Assembly (NCBI RefSeq): GCF_000317145.1
Contig: NC_019697.1
Coordinates: forward strand, 4,102,886-4,166,885
Source: Chamaesiphon minutus PCC 6605
GTDB taxonomy: Bacteria; Cyanobacteriota; Cyanobacteriia; Cyanobacteriales; Chamaesiphonaceae
Reading direction: 5' to 3'
DNA: 64,000 bases
A program made the translations under genes and the position numbers. Positions 30,632 through 40,194 of this stretch are shown here, piece after piece. Position 1 is the stretch's first letter; each line of letters opens with the position of its first letter. The notes under the pieces were generated by a model, which was not told the origin of the DNA, made no database searches, and saw nothing but the letters and a program-made list of their open reading frames with translations.

Positions 30632-30707
30632 CAAAAGTTAGCTCATTAGGTAGAGCAGTTGACTATTAATCAACGTGTAACAGGTTCGATTCCTGTACTT
30701 TTCACCA
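30632..30707 (+). tRNA. tRNA-like gene with Asn-like body and an anomalous AUU anticodon; encoded CCA
   Basis: D arm gctc-attaggta-gagc. Anticodon arm gttga-CTATTAA-tcaac, so anticodon ATT at 30665-30667. Variable loop gtgta, T arm acagg-ttcgatt-cctgt, acceptor caaaagt/acttttc with a C1-C72 mismatch, then a-cca. Confidence 0.55.
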
Positions 30708-31238
30708 AATCCTCCAGCCAACGAGGTAAAAGTTAGGCGACTTCTTAGGGTGAAGTTGGCGAAAGCCAAAACCTATGCCTAAAGGTTAGATTAGGCACCC
30801 TACTCATAATAGGCGGCGCAAGCCACAAGCGGTACGAGAGAAATCTCAAAATGGTTCGAGTCCATTATTTTCAACTCTGGAAAGTTGGCGTTTTGGTAAT
30901 ATTTAGTCGCTTAGCGATCGAATATTGCAACAGATTTTGTACCGACAATCGCGTGCATCTTTAATTCGAGTATCTGCCTTCATCTGCTAGGGTTGGTATT
31001 TCTTCGGGAATACTAGTTTTAGTCGAGCGAACGCGATATTTGCTAGTTAGAGTCGATCGAGTTATCTTCGGATAGCGCGATTCGACAACTGCTAACTCAA
31101 TCCAATTTTAGATAAACCCTTCGTCCGTCACAAAGCTGTCGAAAACGCCAGCAATTACAGAGTTAACCAAAGCGAAAAAATTTCAATTCTATTCTCCATC
31201 GTAGGTTGGGTAGAGCGAAGCGAAACCCAACAAGCAAT

Positions 31239-32762
31239 ATGTTTAAAACATTCTACATCAAACCTCACGAGCGAGGTATATTATTCAACCGTAGCGATTT
31301 TAAGGCGATTTTATCACCTGGTACGCATCGTTATTTCGGCTGGGATTGGAGCGTCAAGACATACGATCTCAATCACCCAGAAGCGCAAATCGAACAATTA
31401 GAACTGCTCCTGCAAACCGATCGCGATAAACTAGAGCCACACCTGACGATCGTGCGGACGGAATTCGATCGAGTCGCTTTACTTCAAGTCAAACAAAGTT
31501 GGATCGTAGTCGCTCCTAACCAATTGCGCGCTTTTTGGAAAGGATTTATCCCCGTCGAAGTGCGGTACTTCAATCTATCCGAAAGTTTGGAATTACCACC
31601 AGATCTAGTCGAAAAAACGCGCGGATTTGCCCTCAGTGGTATCAAAAAATTTCAGGTGTCCGAATCAGAAATCGGTTTGATGTACGTCCAGCATAATTTC
31701 GTGCGTCCGTTGGGAACTGGTGAATATGCTTTTTGGTCATCGTCAAAAGATTTGCAATTTAAGACGCTCAATCGGATGATTCCGAATCCAGTATTCCCCG
31801 ATGAAGATGTCTTAATCGATCGACACCCCGAATTTATCGCGCAGTATTGCACCGTTGTCGAAACATTAGCGCAACAAGTTGGCATCGTCCGCGATAGGCA
31901 ACAACCGATCGCGATTTTACCACCCCACAGTCGCAAATTATTTTGGCAAGGCGTGACGGTAGAAACGATCGATATTAGCAACGATGCGAAACTTTCCAAT
32001 CCATTAGTTGCCGAATTAGTATCGGGGAAAGACCAGATTAAAAAGCTCGCCAATGATGCCCTCCACGTCCGTGAAGTGCCCGTCCAACATCTGGGCTTCT
32101 TGTATGTCGATCGGGTATTTCAGACGCAGCTAGAGCCAGGAATCCATGCCTGGTGGACATTCAATCGATCGTTTACATCGATCGCGATCGATATGCGCCT
32201 GCAAAATATGGAAATTTCGGGACAAGATATTCTCACCAAAGATAAAGTCCCCGTGCGGCTAAATCTCACCGCTGGCTATCGGATTAGCGATCCGTTGCAG
32301 GCGATGAATAATTTGGCAAATATCAACGGCTTTTTATACAAAGAGCTTCAGTTCGCCCTGCGTGGAGCCGTGGGCGAGCGGACTCTGGATGGAGTACTGG
32401 AAGATAAAGGCACGATCGATCGCGATATTGCCGAATATATCCGTGTCAAGACTGCCAATTATGGCTTGACAGTCGAATCTGTCGGCGTCAAAGATATCAT
32501 CCTCCCTGGGGAAATCAAAACCATCCTCAGCAAGGTAGTCGAAGCAGAGAAATCTGCGCAAGCCAACGTCGTCCGCCGTCGAGAGGAAACCGCCGCTACT
32601 AGGAGTATGCTAAATACTGCCAAAGTGATGGAAGAAAACCCCGTCGCGCTGCGATTGAAAGAGTTGGAAATCTTAGAACGCATCGCCGAAAAGATCGATC
32701 GTATCCAAGTCAATGGCAGTTTAGACAACATCCTAACCGATCTAATCAACATCAAAAAGTAA
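31239..32762 (+). CDS. SPFH/band-7 (stomatin/flotillin-like) protein with three tandem N-terminal SPFH-like modules
   Basis: Three repeats of the ..G.L.V.R.F...L.PG.H..W motif (HERGILFNRSDFKAILSPGTHRYFGW; GLMYVQHNFVRPLGTGEYAFW; GFLYVDRVFQTQLEPGIHAWW). The third continues into a full band-7 core (VKDIILPGEIKTILSKVVEAEKSAQANVV...) and a C-terminal coiled coil. Confidence 0.75.
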   Translation: MFKTFYIKPHERGILFNRSDFKAILSPGTHRYFGWDWSVKTYDLNHPEAQIEQLELLLQTDRDKLEPHLTIVRTEFDRVALLQVKQSWIVVAPNQLRAFWKGFIPVEVRYFNLSESLELPPDLVEKTRGFALSGIKKFQVSESEIGLMYVQHNFVRPLGTGEYAFWSSSKDLQFKTLNRMIPNPVFPDEDVLIDRHPEFIAQYCTVVETLAQQVGIVRDRQQPIAILPPHSRKLFWQGVTVETIDISNDAKLSNPLVAELVSGKDQIKKLANDALHVREVPVQHLGFLYVDRVFQTQLEPGIHAWWTFNRSFTSIAIDMRLQNMEISGQDILTKDKVPVRLNLTAGYRISDPLQAMNNLANINGFLYKELQFALRGAVGERTLDGVLEDKGTIDRDIAEYIRVKTANYGLTVESVGVKDIILPGEIKTILSKVVEAEKSAQANVVRRREETAATRSMLNTAKVMEENPVALRLKELEILERIAEKIDRIQVNGSLDNILTDLINIKK

Positions 32763-32765
32763 CCA

Positions 32766-33003
32766 AAAAAATCCCCTCCTTGGAGGGGTGCCCGTAGGGC
32801 GGGGTGGGTAAGATCTTCGCCGAAGTCCTTCATCCCCGATCGCCTCCATCAACGATCGGTTACAATTCTCGATCAAAGCGAGAAGGCTCTAAGATCGATC
32901 GTCACATCTAGCCAAAGTTGCTCATGCTGAGATTGTTGGTAGGCAGTGGAGATCTACCCACCCCGCCCGTTGGGCACCCCTCCAAGGAGGGGATTTTTTA
33001 GGG
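32766..33003. mobile_element. MITE-like element: inverted pair of the 45-bp hairpin repeat with a roughly 120-bp core
   Basis: Left arm atcccctccttggaggggtgcccgtagggcggggtgggtaagatct. Right arm is the reverse complement, gatctacccaccccgcccgttgggcacccctccaaggaggggat. Confidence 0.65.
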
Positions 33004-33096
33004 GATTTGGTATTTAGATAAATAACAATTGGGTTAGTTCGATCGCTTATTTAAGAAATAATATCTTAATCGAGTTATGGGAGAAATATTGTTTAG

Positions 33097-33879
33097 ATGA
33101 ATCTAGTTAAAAAATATTGCCTGCGGACGATCGCGATCGCCATCCTATTCATATTTGGATTAGGCATATCTCCATTACCAACTTTAGCAGCAGAAAGCAC
33201 GTCGCAGTGGGGTTATGAAGGCGATCTAAATCCTGATGCGTGGGGCAAGATTTCGCGCGACTTTGCGACCTGCGATTTAGGTAAATATCAGTCGCCGATC
33301 GATATTCAAGGTGCCGTAACAGGACAACCAGTGCAGATTGCCTTTAACTATAAATCATCACCTTTGAGTGTAGTGAATAACGGACATAGCATTCAAGTTA
33401 ACTATAATTCTGGCAGCACGATCTCGATCGATGGTGAAGAATATCAATTACTACAATTTCATTTTCATACCCCTAGCGAACATAAAATTGCTGGTAAAGC
33501 TGCGGCAATGGAAGTACATTTCGTTCATCGCAACGCAGCAGGCAAACTTGCTGTAGTGGGCGTAATGATGAATGAAGGCCGAGAGAATTCGATCGTCAGT
33601 AAAGTTTGGCAGGCAATTCCACCAATCGGTCAAACAAACAAGATCGATAACATCACCATCGATGCTGCCAAGCTATTGCCAAATAGTAAATCTTACTATA
33701 GTTATATCGGATCGCTGACGACACCACCTTGTAGCGAGGGCGTTAATTGGACTATTTTAACGACACCAATTACAATTTCCAGCTCGCAACTTCAGGAGTT
33801 TAAAAAGTTTTACCCGATCGATGCACGTCCGATTCACTCTACCAATGCTAGGAAAATTGAATTGCATGGGTCTATTTAA
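33097..33879 (+). CDS. ecaA: Alpha-class carbonic anhydrase, secreted
   Basis: Signal peptide. WGYEG, the QSPIDI motif, Zn ligands in HFHxPSEH...EVHFVH, and SLTTPPCSEGVNW. Confidence 0.85.
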   Translation: MNLVKKYCLRTIAIAILFIFGLGISPLPTLAAESTSQWGYEGDLNPDAWGKISRDFATCDLGKYQSPIDIQGAVTGQPVQIAFNYKSSPLSVVNNGHSIQVNYNSGSTISIDGEEYQLLQFHFHTPSEHKIAGKAAAMEVHFVHRNAAGKLAVVGVMMNEGRENSIVSKVWQAIPPIGQTNKIDNITIDAAKLLPNSKSYYSYIGSLTTPPCSEGVNWTILTTPITISSSQLQEFKKFYPIDARPIHSTNARKIELHGSI

Positions 33880-33880
33880 A

Positions 33881-34483
33881 CTAATACTTGCACTGAAAAG
33901 CTTCAGCTAAGATTTGACGTTCACGATCGTAGAGTGAGAAATCCCAAGATAGTGTTGTCTCTGGACGCTCGGCAATAACTCGATCGCGAACTTCTGCCAT
34001 CTGTTTTGAGTAATCTATAAGCTCGATTAAAAAACCTAATTCAAAGATCGCTTCAAATACACTTTCAAATAGATAGATGGTAGGATGTCCAGAAACAATG
34101 CCTAGTTGAGTAGCGACCGCATTATTACAGATTAATATTCCTCCAGTATAATTAATCGCATGACATAAATCTCGATATATCCATGGTGTACCTACCCAAG
34201 ATTTATCTATTTCTGGAGATTTACCAAGCAACGTTCTCGTGCTGCGATCGTACTTAAGTTTTAGACGATCGGACATATTTGGCGAGATATTGACGCTTGT
34301 CAAAAGTAGTTGTCGCTCTCGAATTGTATAAGCACAATGAAATCCCCGAACGCAAGCACTTGAAGCTGCTTCTGGATAAACACCATAAGCGGTAGGCTCG
34401 AACCATCCTTCCCTATTACTACATTGTTCGATCGCATATCTTCGATCGTCGATCGAGATTTCATCCCTAATTTGAGCAGTCAT
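33881..34483 (-). CDS. Hypothetical protein
   Basis: 200 aa with a good ORF and no recognised motif. Confidence 0.45.
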   Translation of the reverse strand: MTAQIRDEISIDDRRYAIEQCSNREGWFEPTAYGVYPEAASSACVRGFHCAYTIRERQLLLTSVNISPNMSDRLKLKYDRSTRTLLGKSPEIDKSWVGTPWIYRDLCHAINYTGGILICNNAVATQLGIVSGHPTIYLFESVFEAIFELGFLIELIDYSKQMAEVRDRVIAERPETTLSWDFSLYDRERQILAEAFQCKY

Positions 34484-34489
34484 TTATAA

Positions 34490-34778
34490 AATCTAGTAGT
34501 CTACGGCGTAAATAAGGTTACTATTTTGCGGGGAGCGGGGAGCGGCGGCTTTGCTGACGGGAAAGCGGATGCACCCACGCGGAGATTGGAGGAGCATATG
34601 TTGCACCAAGCAAGCGAGACAGCGACGCAGCTCCCTTCGGGAAGGCTCCCTCCCGGATTATGCGGATGCGCTCCGGTCGGGTTTCCCGACCGTGGAAGCG
34701 CACCAAGCAGCGAGACAAGACAGGGAGCGGGGAAAGAAATGGTTGATTAATTTCTGCCGCATAGTACTACCAACTTGA
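34490..34778. repeat. MITE-like composite repeat, copy B (same termini as 11918-12100)
   Basis: Shares about 45 bp at the 5' end and about 40 bp at the 3' end with copy A. The internal agcgagacaagacagg box is also present. Confidence 0.5.
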
Positions 34779-35229
34779 GTTAATAGCGATCGAATTCAGG
34801 ATTTTAAATGTAGCCTTTTTAACACTCTTTAGCCACAATGGCTAAAATTGCGTTAGCATATTTGAGAGACTTCAATCCATACGAACGATGAAGTAATAAT
34901 GCTAACATATCCATAGCTGCCGCATTTTGTCAAGTAAGTAAAAATGACGATCTTGGCTTGCAGCATAGCAATTTTAGATAAATAATCTCGACTACCTGTA
35001 TCCTAAATTTCAATAATTTACTAATTAATCGATCGATAGATCGGTAAATTTGTATCGTCACTATTTAGATAGTGACTGCTCTGTGACGGGCTAGATTTAA
35101 CAAGTTGGGATGAGATTGGCTAGTTATTAAAGTTACCAGAGAATATATAAATTGCTGGTTGCTTTGTTCGATCGGCGATCTAAAGAGCGATCGCCGAAAT
35201 TAGGTCAGCCCGATTTTAAATAGAGGAAG

Positions 35230-36519
35230 ATGACAAAACTTTTTTATGCGGTGTTAGCGAACTCGCTAGTAGCTTCGCTGACAAATTCATTCGTGTGGTT
35301 TGCGGTGACATTTTGGGTATATTTACAAACTCAGTCGGTCGTTGTGACATCGGTAATGGCCGGGATCTATCTGCTGACAGTTGCAACTTCTGGCTTTTTG
35401 CTTGGCTCTGTAGTCGATCGATATCGCAAAAAATCGGCGATGATGCTGTCGAGTATTTGTTCGTTAGTGGCCTATATTCTCGATTACATCATTTATAGAT
35501 TTACTCCAGCATCGGCATTTACCGATCCAAGTAGCGTCATGCTATGGATATTTATCGTCCTGGCATTGATTGGCGCGATCGCGGGCAATCTGCGGACGAT
35601 CTCACTGTCCACACTGGTGACATTTCTGATTCCCGAAGCAAAACGTTCTCGCGCCAACGGTTTAGTTGGCATGGCAAATGGCGTCGCCTTCTTAATCTCT
35701 TCGATTATGAGCGGACTAGCGATCGGATTTTTAGGGATATATTGGATGTTAGTCTGCGCGATCGGGCTGACCATTTTAGTTATCTGCCATTTATCCATAT
35801 TATCAATTCCCGAAACCAAGATCGTTCATACCGAATCTCATCTCGATAGTATCGATTTACGTGGCACGATCGCCGCATTAGAGTTAGTTCCTGGGCTGTT
35901 TGGACTGATTTTTTTTACCACCTTTAATAACTTTTTGGGTGGAGTGTTCATGTCGCTGATGGATGCTTATGGCTTGTCGTTGGTTTCGGTACAAGTATGG
36001 GGCATTCTGTGGGGCTGCTTGAGTTTGGGCTTCATCGCAGGTGGGTTGGTGGTTGCCAAAAAAGGTGTCGGTGCCAATCCGTTGCAAACGCTGTTTCTTG
36101 CCAATATCGTGATGTGGACGATCGCGATGTTGTTTACAATTCAGCCATCGATCGTGTTATTGACGATCGGGTTATTTAGCTATTTATGCCTGATTCCGAT
36201 CGCGGAAGCTTGCGAACAAACCATCCTCCAAAAAGTGATTCCCCCAGAACGACAGGGACGCGTGTTTGGGTTCGCTCAGAGTGTCGAGCAAGCAGCATCG
36301 CCGCTAACTGCATTTGCAATTGGGCCGATCGCACAAGTCTGGTTTATTCCGTTTATGACTACAGGTGCTGGCGTAGATCTGATTGGGGGCTGGTTTGGGA
36401 CGGGCAAGGATCGGGGCATTGCGCTGTTATTTACAGTCACTGGCGCGATCGGGCTACTGATGACGTTGCTAGCCATGCGCTCGCGATCGTATCGCAAGTT
36501 GTCGGGGTATTATCGATAA
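35230..36519 (+). CDS. MFS transporter
   Basis: 429 aa with 12 predicted TM segments and MFS-like loop motifs (GSVVDRYRKK). Confidence 0.75.
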   Translation: MTKLFYAVLANSLVASLTNSFVWFAVTFWVYLQTQSVVVTSVMAGIYLLTVATSGFLLGSVVDRYRKKSAMMLSSICSLVAYILDYIIYRFTPASAFTDPSSVMLWIFIVLALIGAIAGNLRTISLSTLVTFLIPEAKRSRANGLVGMANGVAFLISSIMSGLAIGFLGIYWMLVCAIGLTILVICHLSILSIPETKIVHTESHLDSIDLRGTIAALELVPGLFGLIFFTTFNNFLGGVFMSLMDAYGLSLVSVQVWGILWGCLSLGFIAGGLVVAKKGVGANPLQTLFLANIVMWTIAMLFTIQPSIVLLTIGLFSYLCLIPIAEACEQTILQKVIPPERQGRVFGFAQSVEQAASPLTAFAIGPIAQVWFIPFMTTGAGVDLIGGWFGTGKDRGIALLFTVTGAIGLLMTLLAMRSRSYRKLSGYYR

Positions 36520-36649
36520 TGTCGTTAAGATTGACATTCAGAGCCTTGGCTCGATCGCGATGAACTCGAACGCTCGTGGTAGCGATCGTTATTTTTTAAG
36601 TTAGTATTCAGTGAATCTTCATCTAACCTCGAACTTATAGCCTCTGTTG

Positions 36650-39600
36650 TTAGACAGAAATATTGGAGTTTTTGGGCCAAGTGAAATAGAAGGTAGCACC
36701 GTGGGGAGGCTGGGACTCTATCCAAATATTGCCACCTTCAGCTTCGACAATTTTTTTGACGATGCTCAGACCGATGCCGGAGCTGTCGTTGCGGCGTTGG
36801 GGATTGACAGCTTGGAAAATAATAAAGATCCGCTCGTGTTGTTCGGGGGCAATGCCTGGGCCATCATCGGCTACGGCAAATTCATAAAGATCGCCGCGAT
36901 CGCGACCCGAAATCTGGATCGACCCATGGTCACAGTCGTGATGTTTGATGGCGTTACTAATTAGGTTGGTCAATACTTGGGATAAAAATAGGCGTTTGGT
37001 ATTGAAAGTGGGTAAATCGGGCGCGATCGCGATTTTAAAAGTCGGCGGCGGCGCAATTGAATCGATAACCTCCGCTACTAATTGCGATACGACGACTGGC
37101 TCGATCGGGGCCACCATTCTACCGACACGGGCAAAGTCGAGCAGTCCGTCGATAGTTGCTTCCATCCGGTGGACGCGGTTGCGCAGTAAAGATGTGTGAT
37201 GTCGAACCCGATCGGCAAGTATGCTCTCTAAGTCATCTTCGATCCACTGAGCCAGATTGGCAATACCGCGCAGTGGTGCTTTGAGATCGTGGGAGACCAC
37301 ATAGACAAATGAGTCCAACTCGCGGTTGCGTTCTTCGATTTTAGCCGCCGACTCACCCAAGAGACGATTGACTCGATCGAGTTCGCGGACTTGTTGTTCG
37401 AGTGCGGCTTGGCCCTGCTGGCGTTCGGCTTCTGCTCGTTTGCGCTCGGTAATTTCTTGCACCATCACATTGACGCCCACGACGCAATCTTCAGCATCTT
37501 TTTGCGGGTAACAGCAGACTAGCCAGTGTCGTAATAGATCGGGTCGAGCGGGATGGCTCCCACTCAATTCTAGGTCGATAATTGGTTCTCCCGATTCAAT
37601 TACTTGTCGATACAGTGCCTCGATCGTCTCAGCGGCTCCAGGAAACAGCTCGCTAGGAGTCCGCCCGATATGTGCCGCGACCGGAAACCCATTAATTCGC
37701 GCTAAATACTCGTTGAGGCGAACGAATTGAAGATCGGTATTAATAAAACACAGTCCCACTGGTGCCGATCGATAGATCGCTTCGATTTCGCCTAATTGCT
37801 GTTCGACAATGGCTTGTGCCGCTCGCGTGCGTTCTTCTTCTACTCTCAAGGCTTGCGCTGCTCGCGCCCGATCGCCGATCGACCAAATCTGCCTCACCAC
37901 TGCCTGCATCAAGCCGATTTCATCCTCACGCCAGTGTCGCACTCTTTGAGTACTCACATGTAGGGTCGCCACCCAGCGACCTTCAGACAGACAGGGAATT
38001 TTGGCAACCGCTCTGGCACCAAACTGCCGATAGCTGTCGAGATAAGGTGCCAGGAGCGGCTCAGTCGTCAGATCGTCGATCGCCACTGCCTCACCTGCAA
38101 ACAGCGCAACTTGTAGCTCTGGCGGCAAAGAGCCACCGAGCGTATAGATCCCCGCTGCATCGGACAACCCCTCGCGATGCCAGTCGCGCTCGATCTTGGC
38201 TAGCCGTCGTGCCCAATCGACTTGAGACCACGTTACCCGATCGACATCTAGATATTCACCCAGACTCTTAGCCGATTCCCATTGGATTTCGTCAGCATCG
38301 GTAACTTGCCGCAGCCGTCGCGTCAGATCGTTGAGGAAGCGTTCGTTGAGTTCGGTGTTTTTGCGAGCGGTAATATCCATTAGCGTCCCCAACAGCCGCT
38401 CTGGCACATCTGTGGAGTAGCGATCGGCTCGTCCCTGTGCGAGTACCCAGCCCACCGTCCCATCGGGGTAAACGATCCGGTATTCTTCAACGTATTCCCG
38501 ATCCTCGCGAATGGCACTTTGCACGGCATCAGCGACCCGCTGGCGATCGTCGGGATGAATGAGATCTAGAGCCTGTGCCAATGTCACCGTCGCATCTGCT
38601 GGCAGCCCAAAAATTGCTTTGCAACGCTCGTCCCAAGTCAAAGTCTGGCTCTGGGTATCGATATCCCAAATTCCCTGTTTGGCAGCACGGAGGGCAAGTT
38701 GGAGACGTTCTCTACTCGATCGCATCCGAGTAGCCGAGCGCACTCGATCGTAATCGAGCCGATTGAGAATACCCGCATTGATTCTAATTTGTCCCAACCA
38801 GATCGCCGTTAAGGAGATCGACATCAGCGACAGGGCAACGTTAACGTTGTATAAATTGGCTTGCAGACCTTGCAAAATCAGCCAACCAACGATCGCTGGT
38901 GCCAAAATTGCCGCTGGCATAAATCGCCGCGCGCTCTGACCGCCCATCAGCTCCGTAGTAATCGCTCGCATAAAGCCGCGATCGCTCCTCAGTCCCAAAA
39001 TGCCTACACTCAAGGTCAAAAAAGTGATGGTGGTATGCAGTGCCATCGAAGTCATCACTGTATTGAGCCGCACATTATATGCATAGCTGACGCTCGCTTG
39101 CATGGCGATCGAACCCGCCACTACGGCCATAATTTGGGCGATCGTTACCCCATCTACTTGGACTTGGTGTTGGGGTTGCTTTGACGAGCGTCGCTCTGGG
39201 CTATTTATCAGTAATAGTGCCGCACCTATCAAGCAAAAGCTCACGGCGGTATTGATGCCCATCAGATCGGAATCGACAGTACCGATCGCCTTAAAATCTC
39301 CCAACCATCGATCGTCAGCACCTATCTGCCAGCCAAATAGATATTCACAAATAGTCAATAGAGGAATGACAATCGCGCTAAGCGCAAAGCCGCTGGCCAT
39401 TTTCTCTCCCCGCGCACTCTGCGGTTGATGAGTTTTTAGCAGCAGCGAGATTCCCGCCAACACAAAACAAATAGCCGTATTTACCTTCATCGACACCCCA
39501 CCAGGGATGGCACTCTTGAGGACTGCAATATCTAATTGCCAACCAATTAATACCAGCACTCCGATGGCGATCGCGCTCTTACTGGCAATTCCAGCGAGAT

Positions 39601-39682
39601 GCTGCCCGCTCTGCTCTAGACGATTGGTATTTGGTGGAGAGAATCGTTGCTTAGATCTGATAAATGACGGCGAGTGCTGCAT
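36650..39682 (-). CDS. Sensor histidine kinase: N-terminal polytopic membrane sensor (MASE1-like) plus PAS/GAF modules plus HisKA-HATPase
   Basis: 1010 aa. Eight or more TM helices at the N-terminus and several PAS-like blocks. HisKA motif SFVYVVSHDLKAPLRGIANLAQWIEDD, and HATPase (VADDGPGIAP, SSGIGLSIVKKIVE). Confidence 0.85.
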   Translation of the reverse strand: MQHSPSFIRSKQRFSPPNTNRLEQSGQHLAGIASKSAIAIGVLVLIGWQLDIAVLKSAIPGGVSMKVNTAICFVLAGISLLLKTHQPQSARGEKMASGFALSAIVIPLLTICEYLFGWQIGADDRWLGDFKAIGTVDSDLMGINTAVSFCLIGAALLLINSPERRSSKQPQHQVQVDGVTIAQIMAVVAGSIAMQASVSYAYNVRLNTVMTSMALHTTITFLTLSVGILGLRSDRGFMRAITTELMGGQSARRFMPAAILAPAIVGWLILQGLQANLYNVNVALSLMSISLTAIWLGQIRINAGILNRLDYDRVRSATRMRSSRERLQLALRAAKQGIWDIDTQSQTLTWDERCKAIFGLPADATVTLAQALDLIHPDDRQRVADAVQSAIREDREYVEEYRIVYPDGTVGWVLAQGRADRYSTDVPERLLGTLMDITARKNTELNERFLNDLTRRLRQVTDADEIQWESAKSLGEYLDVDRVTWSQVDWARRLAKIERDWHREGLSDAAGIYTLGGSLPPELQVALFAGEAVAIDDLTTEPLLAPYLDSYRQFGARAVAKIPCLSEGRWVATLHVSTQRVRHWREDEIGLMQAVVRQIWSIGDRARAAQALRVEEERTRAAQAIVEQQLGEIEAIYRSAPVGLCFINTDLQFVRLNEYLARINGFPVAAHIGRTPSELFPGAAETIEALYRQVIESGEPIIDLELSGSHPARPDLLRHWLVCCYPQKDAEDCVVGVNVMVQEITERKRAEAERQQGQAALEQQVRELDRVNRLLGESAAKIEERNRELDSFVYVVSHDLKAPLRGIANLAQWIEDDLESILADRVRHHTSLLRNRVHRMEATIDGLLDFARVGRMVAPIEPVVVSQLVAEVIDSIAPPPTFKIAIAPDLPTFNTKRLFLSQVLTNLISNAIKHHDCDHGSIQISGRDRGDLYEFAVADDGPGIAPEQHERIFIIFQAVNPQRRNDSSGIGLSIVKKIVEAEGGNIWIESQPPHGATFYFTWPKNSNISV

Positions 39683-40194
39683 ATCGCTCCGATAATTGTA
39701 AGTTATGGGTCGAGCGCGATCCTATGCAGTAAAGTATGAACTAGAAAGCTCTACAATACTGGATGACAAGTATCGATCGGGTGTCAGGCTGCCATGCGAG
39801 CGACGTATATTACTACCGCGTCACATACAGACATTTTTCAATAGAAAGGCTAGATGACAGAGCCGACGACTGACTACAACACTTAATTTAGATAAATGTA
39901 TCGATCGAATTTTTTATGTTTCATTGATTTTATCAAAAACTAAATATTTTTTCTAGCTTGTTCTCATAGGTCGATCGATCGGGCTTTATGCAGTTATAGA
40001 GCCAATTCTACTGGCGTTTATCTATTTTTTAGTAACAAATAAAAGTCAAAAATATCACAATTTTTAACAGCCATTTAAAAAATCGATTGCTAGATAACTG
40101 CTTAATTCAACGATCTACCTTTGGGTAGAAGCGATATAGAAGTGCTTCTGCCATGCTGAAGATACAGTATTAAAACTTAGGTAACCAGATTTTC

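Noticed and set aside
30845-30875. T-arm-like motif atggttcgagtccat, a possible third tRNA fragment or att duplicate.
   Set aside because: No convincing anticodon or D arms or acceptor pairing around it; it is probably a chance match to the GGTTCGAGTCC box.
36945-39695. Several 60-170-aa plus-strand ORFs.
   Set aside because: All lie inside and antisense to the 1010-aa minus-strand sensor kinase gene.
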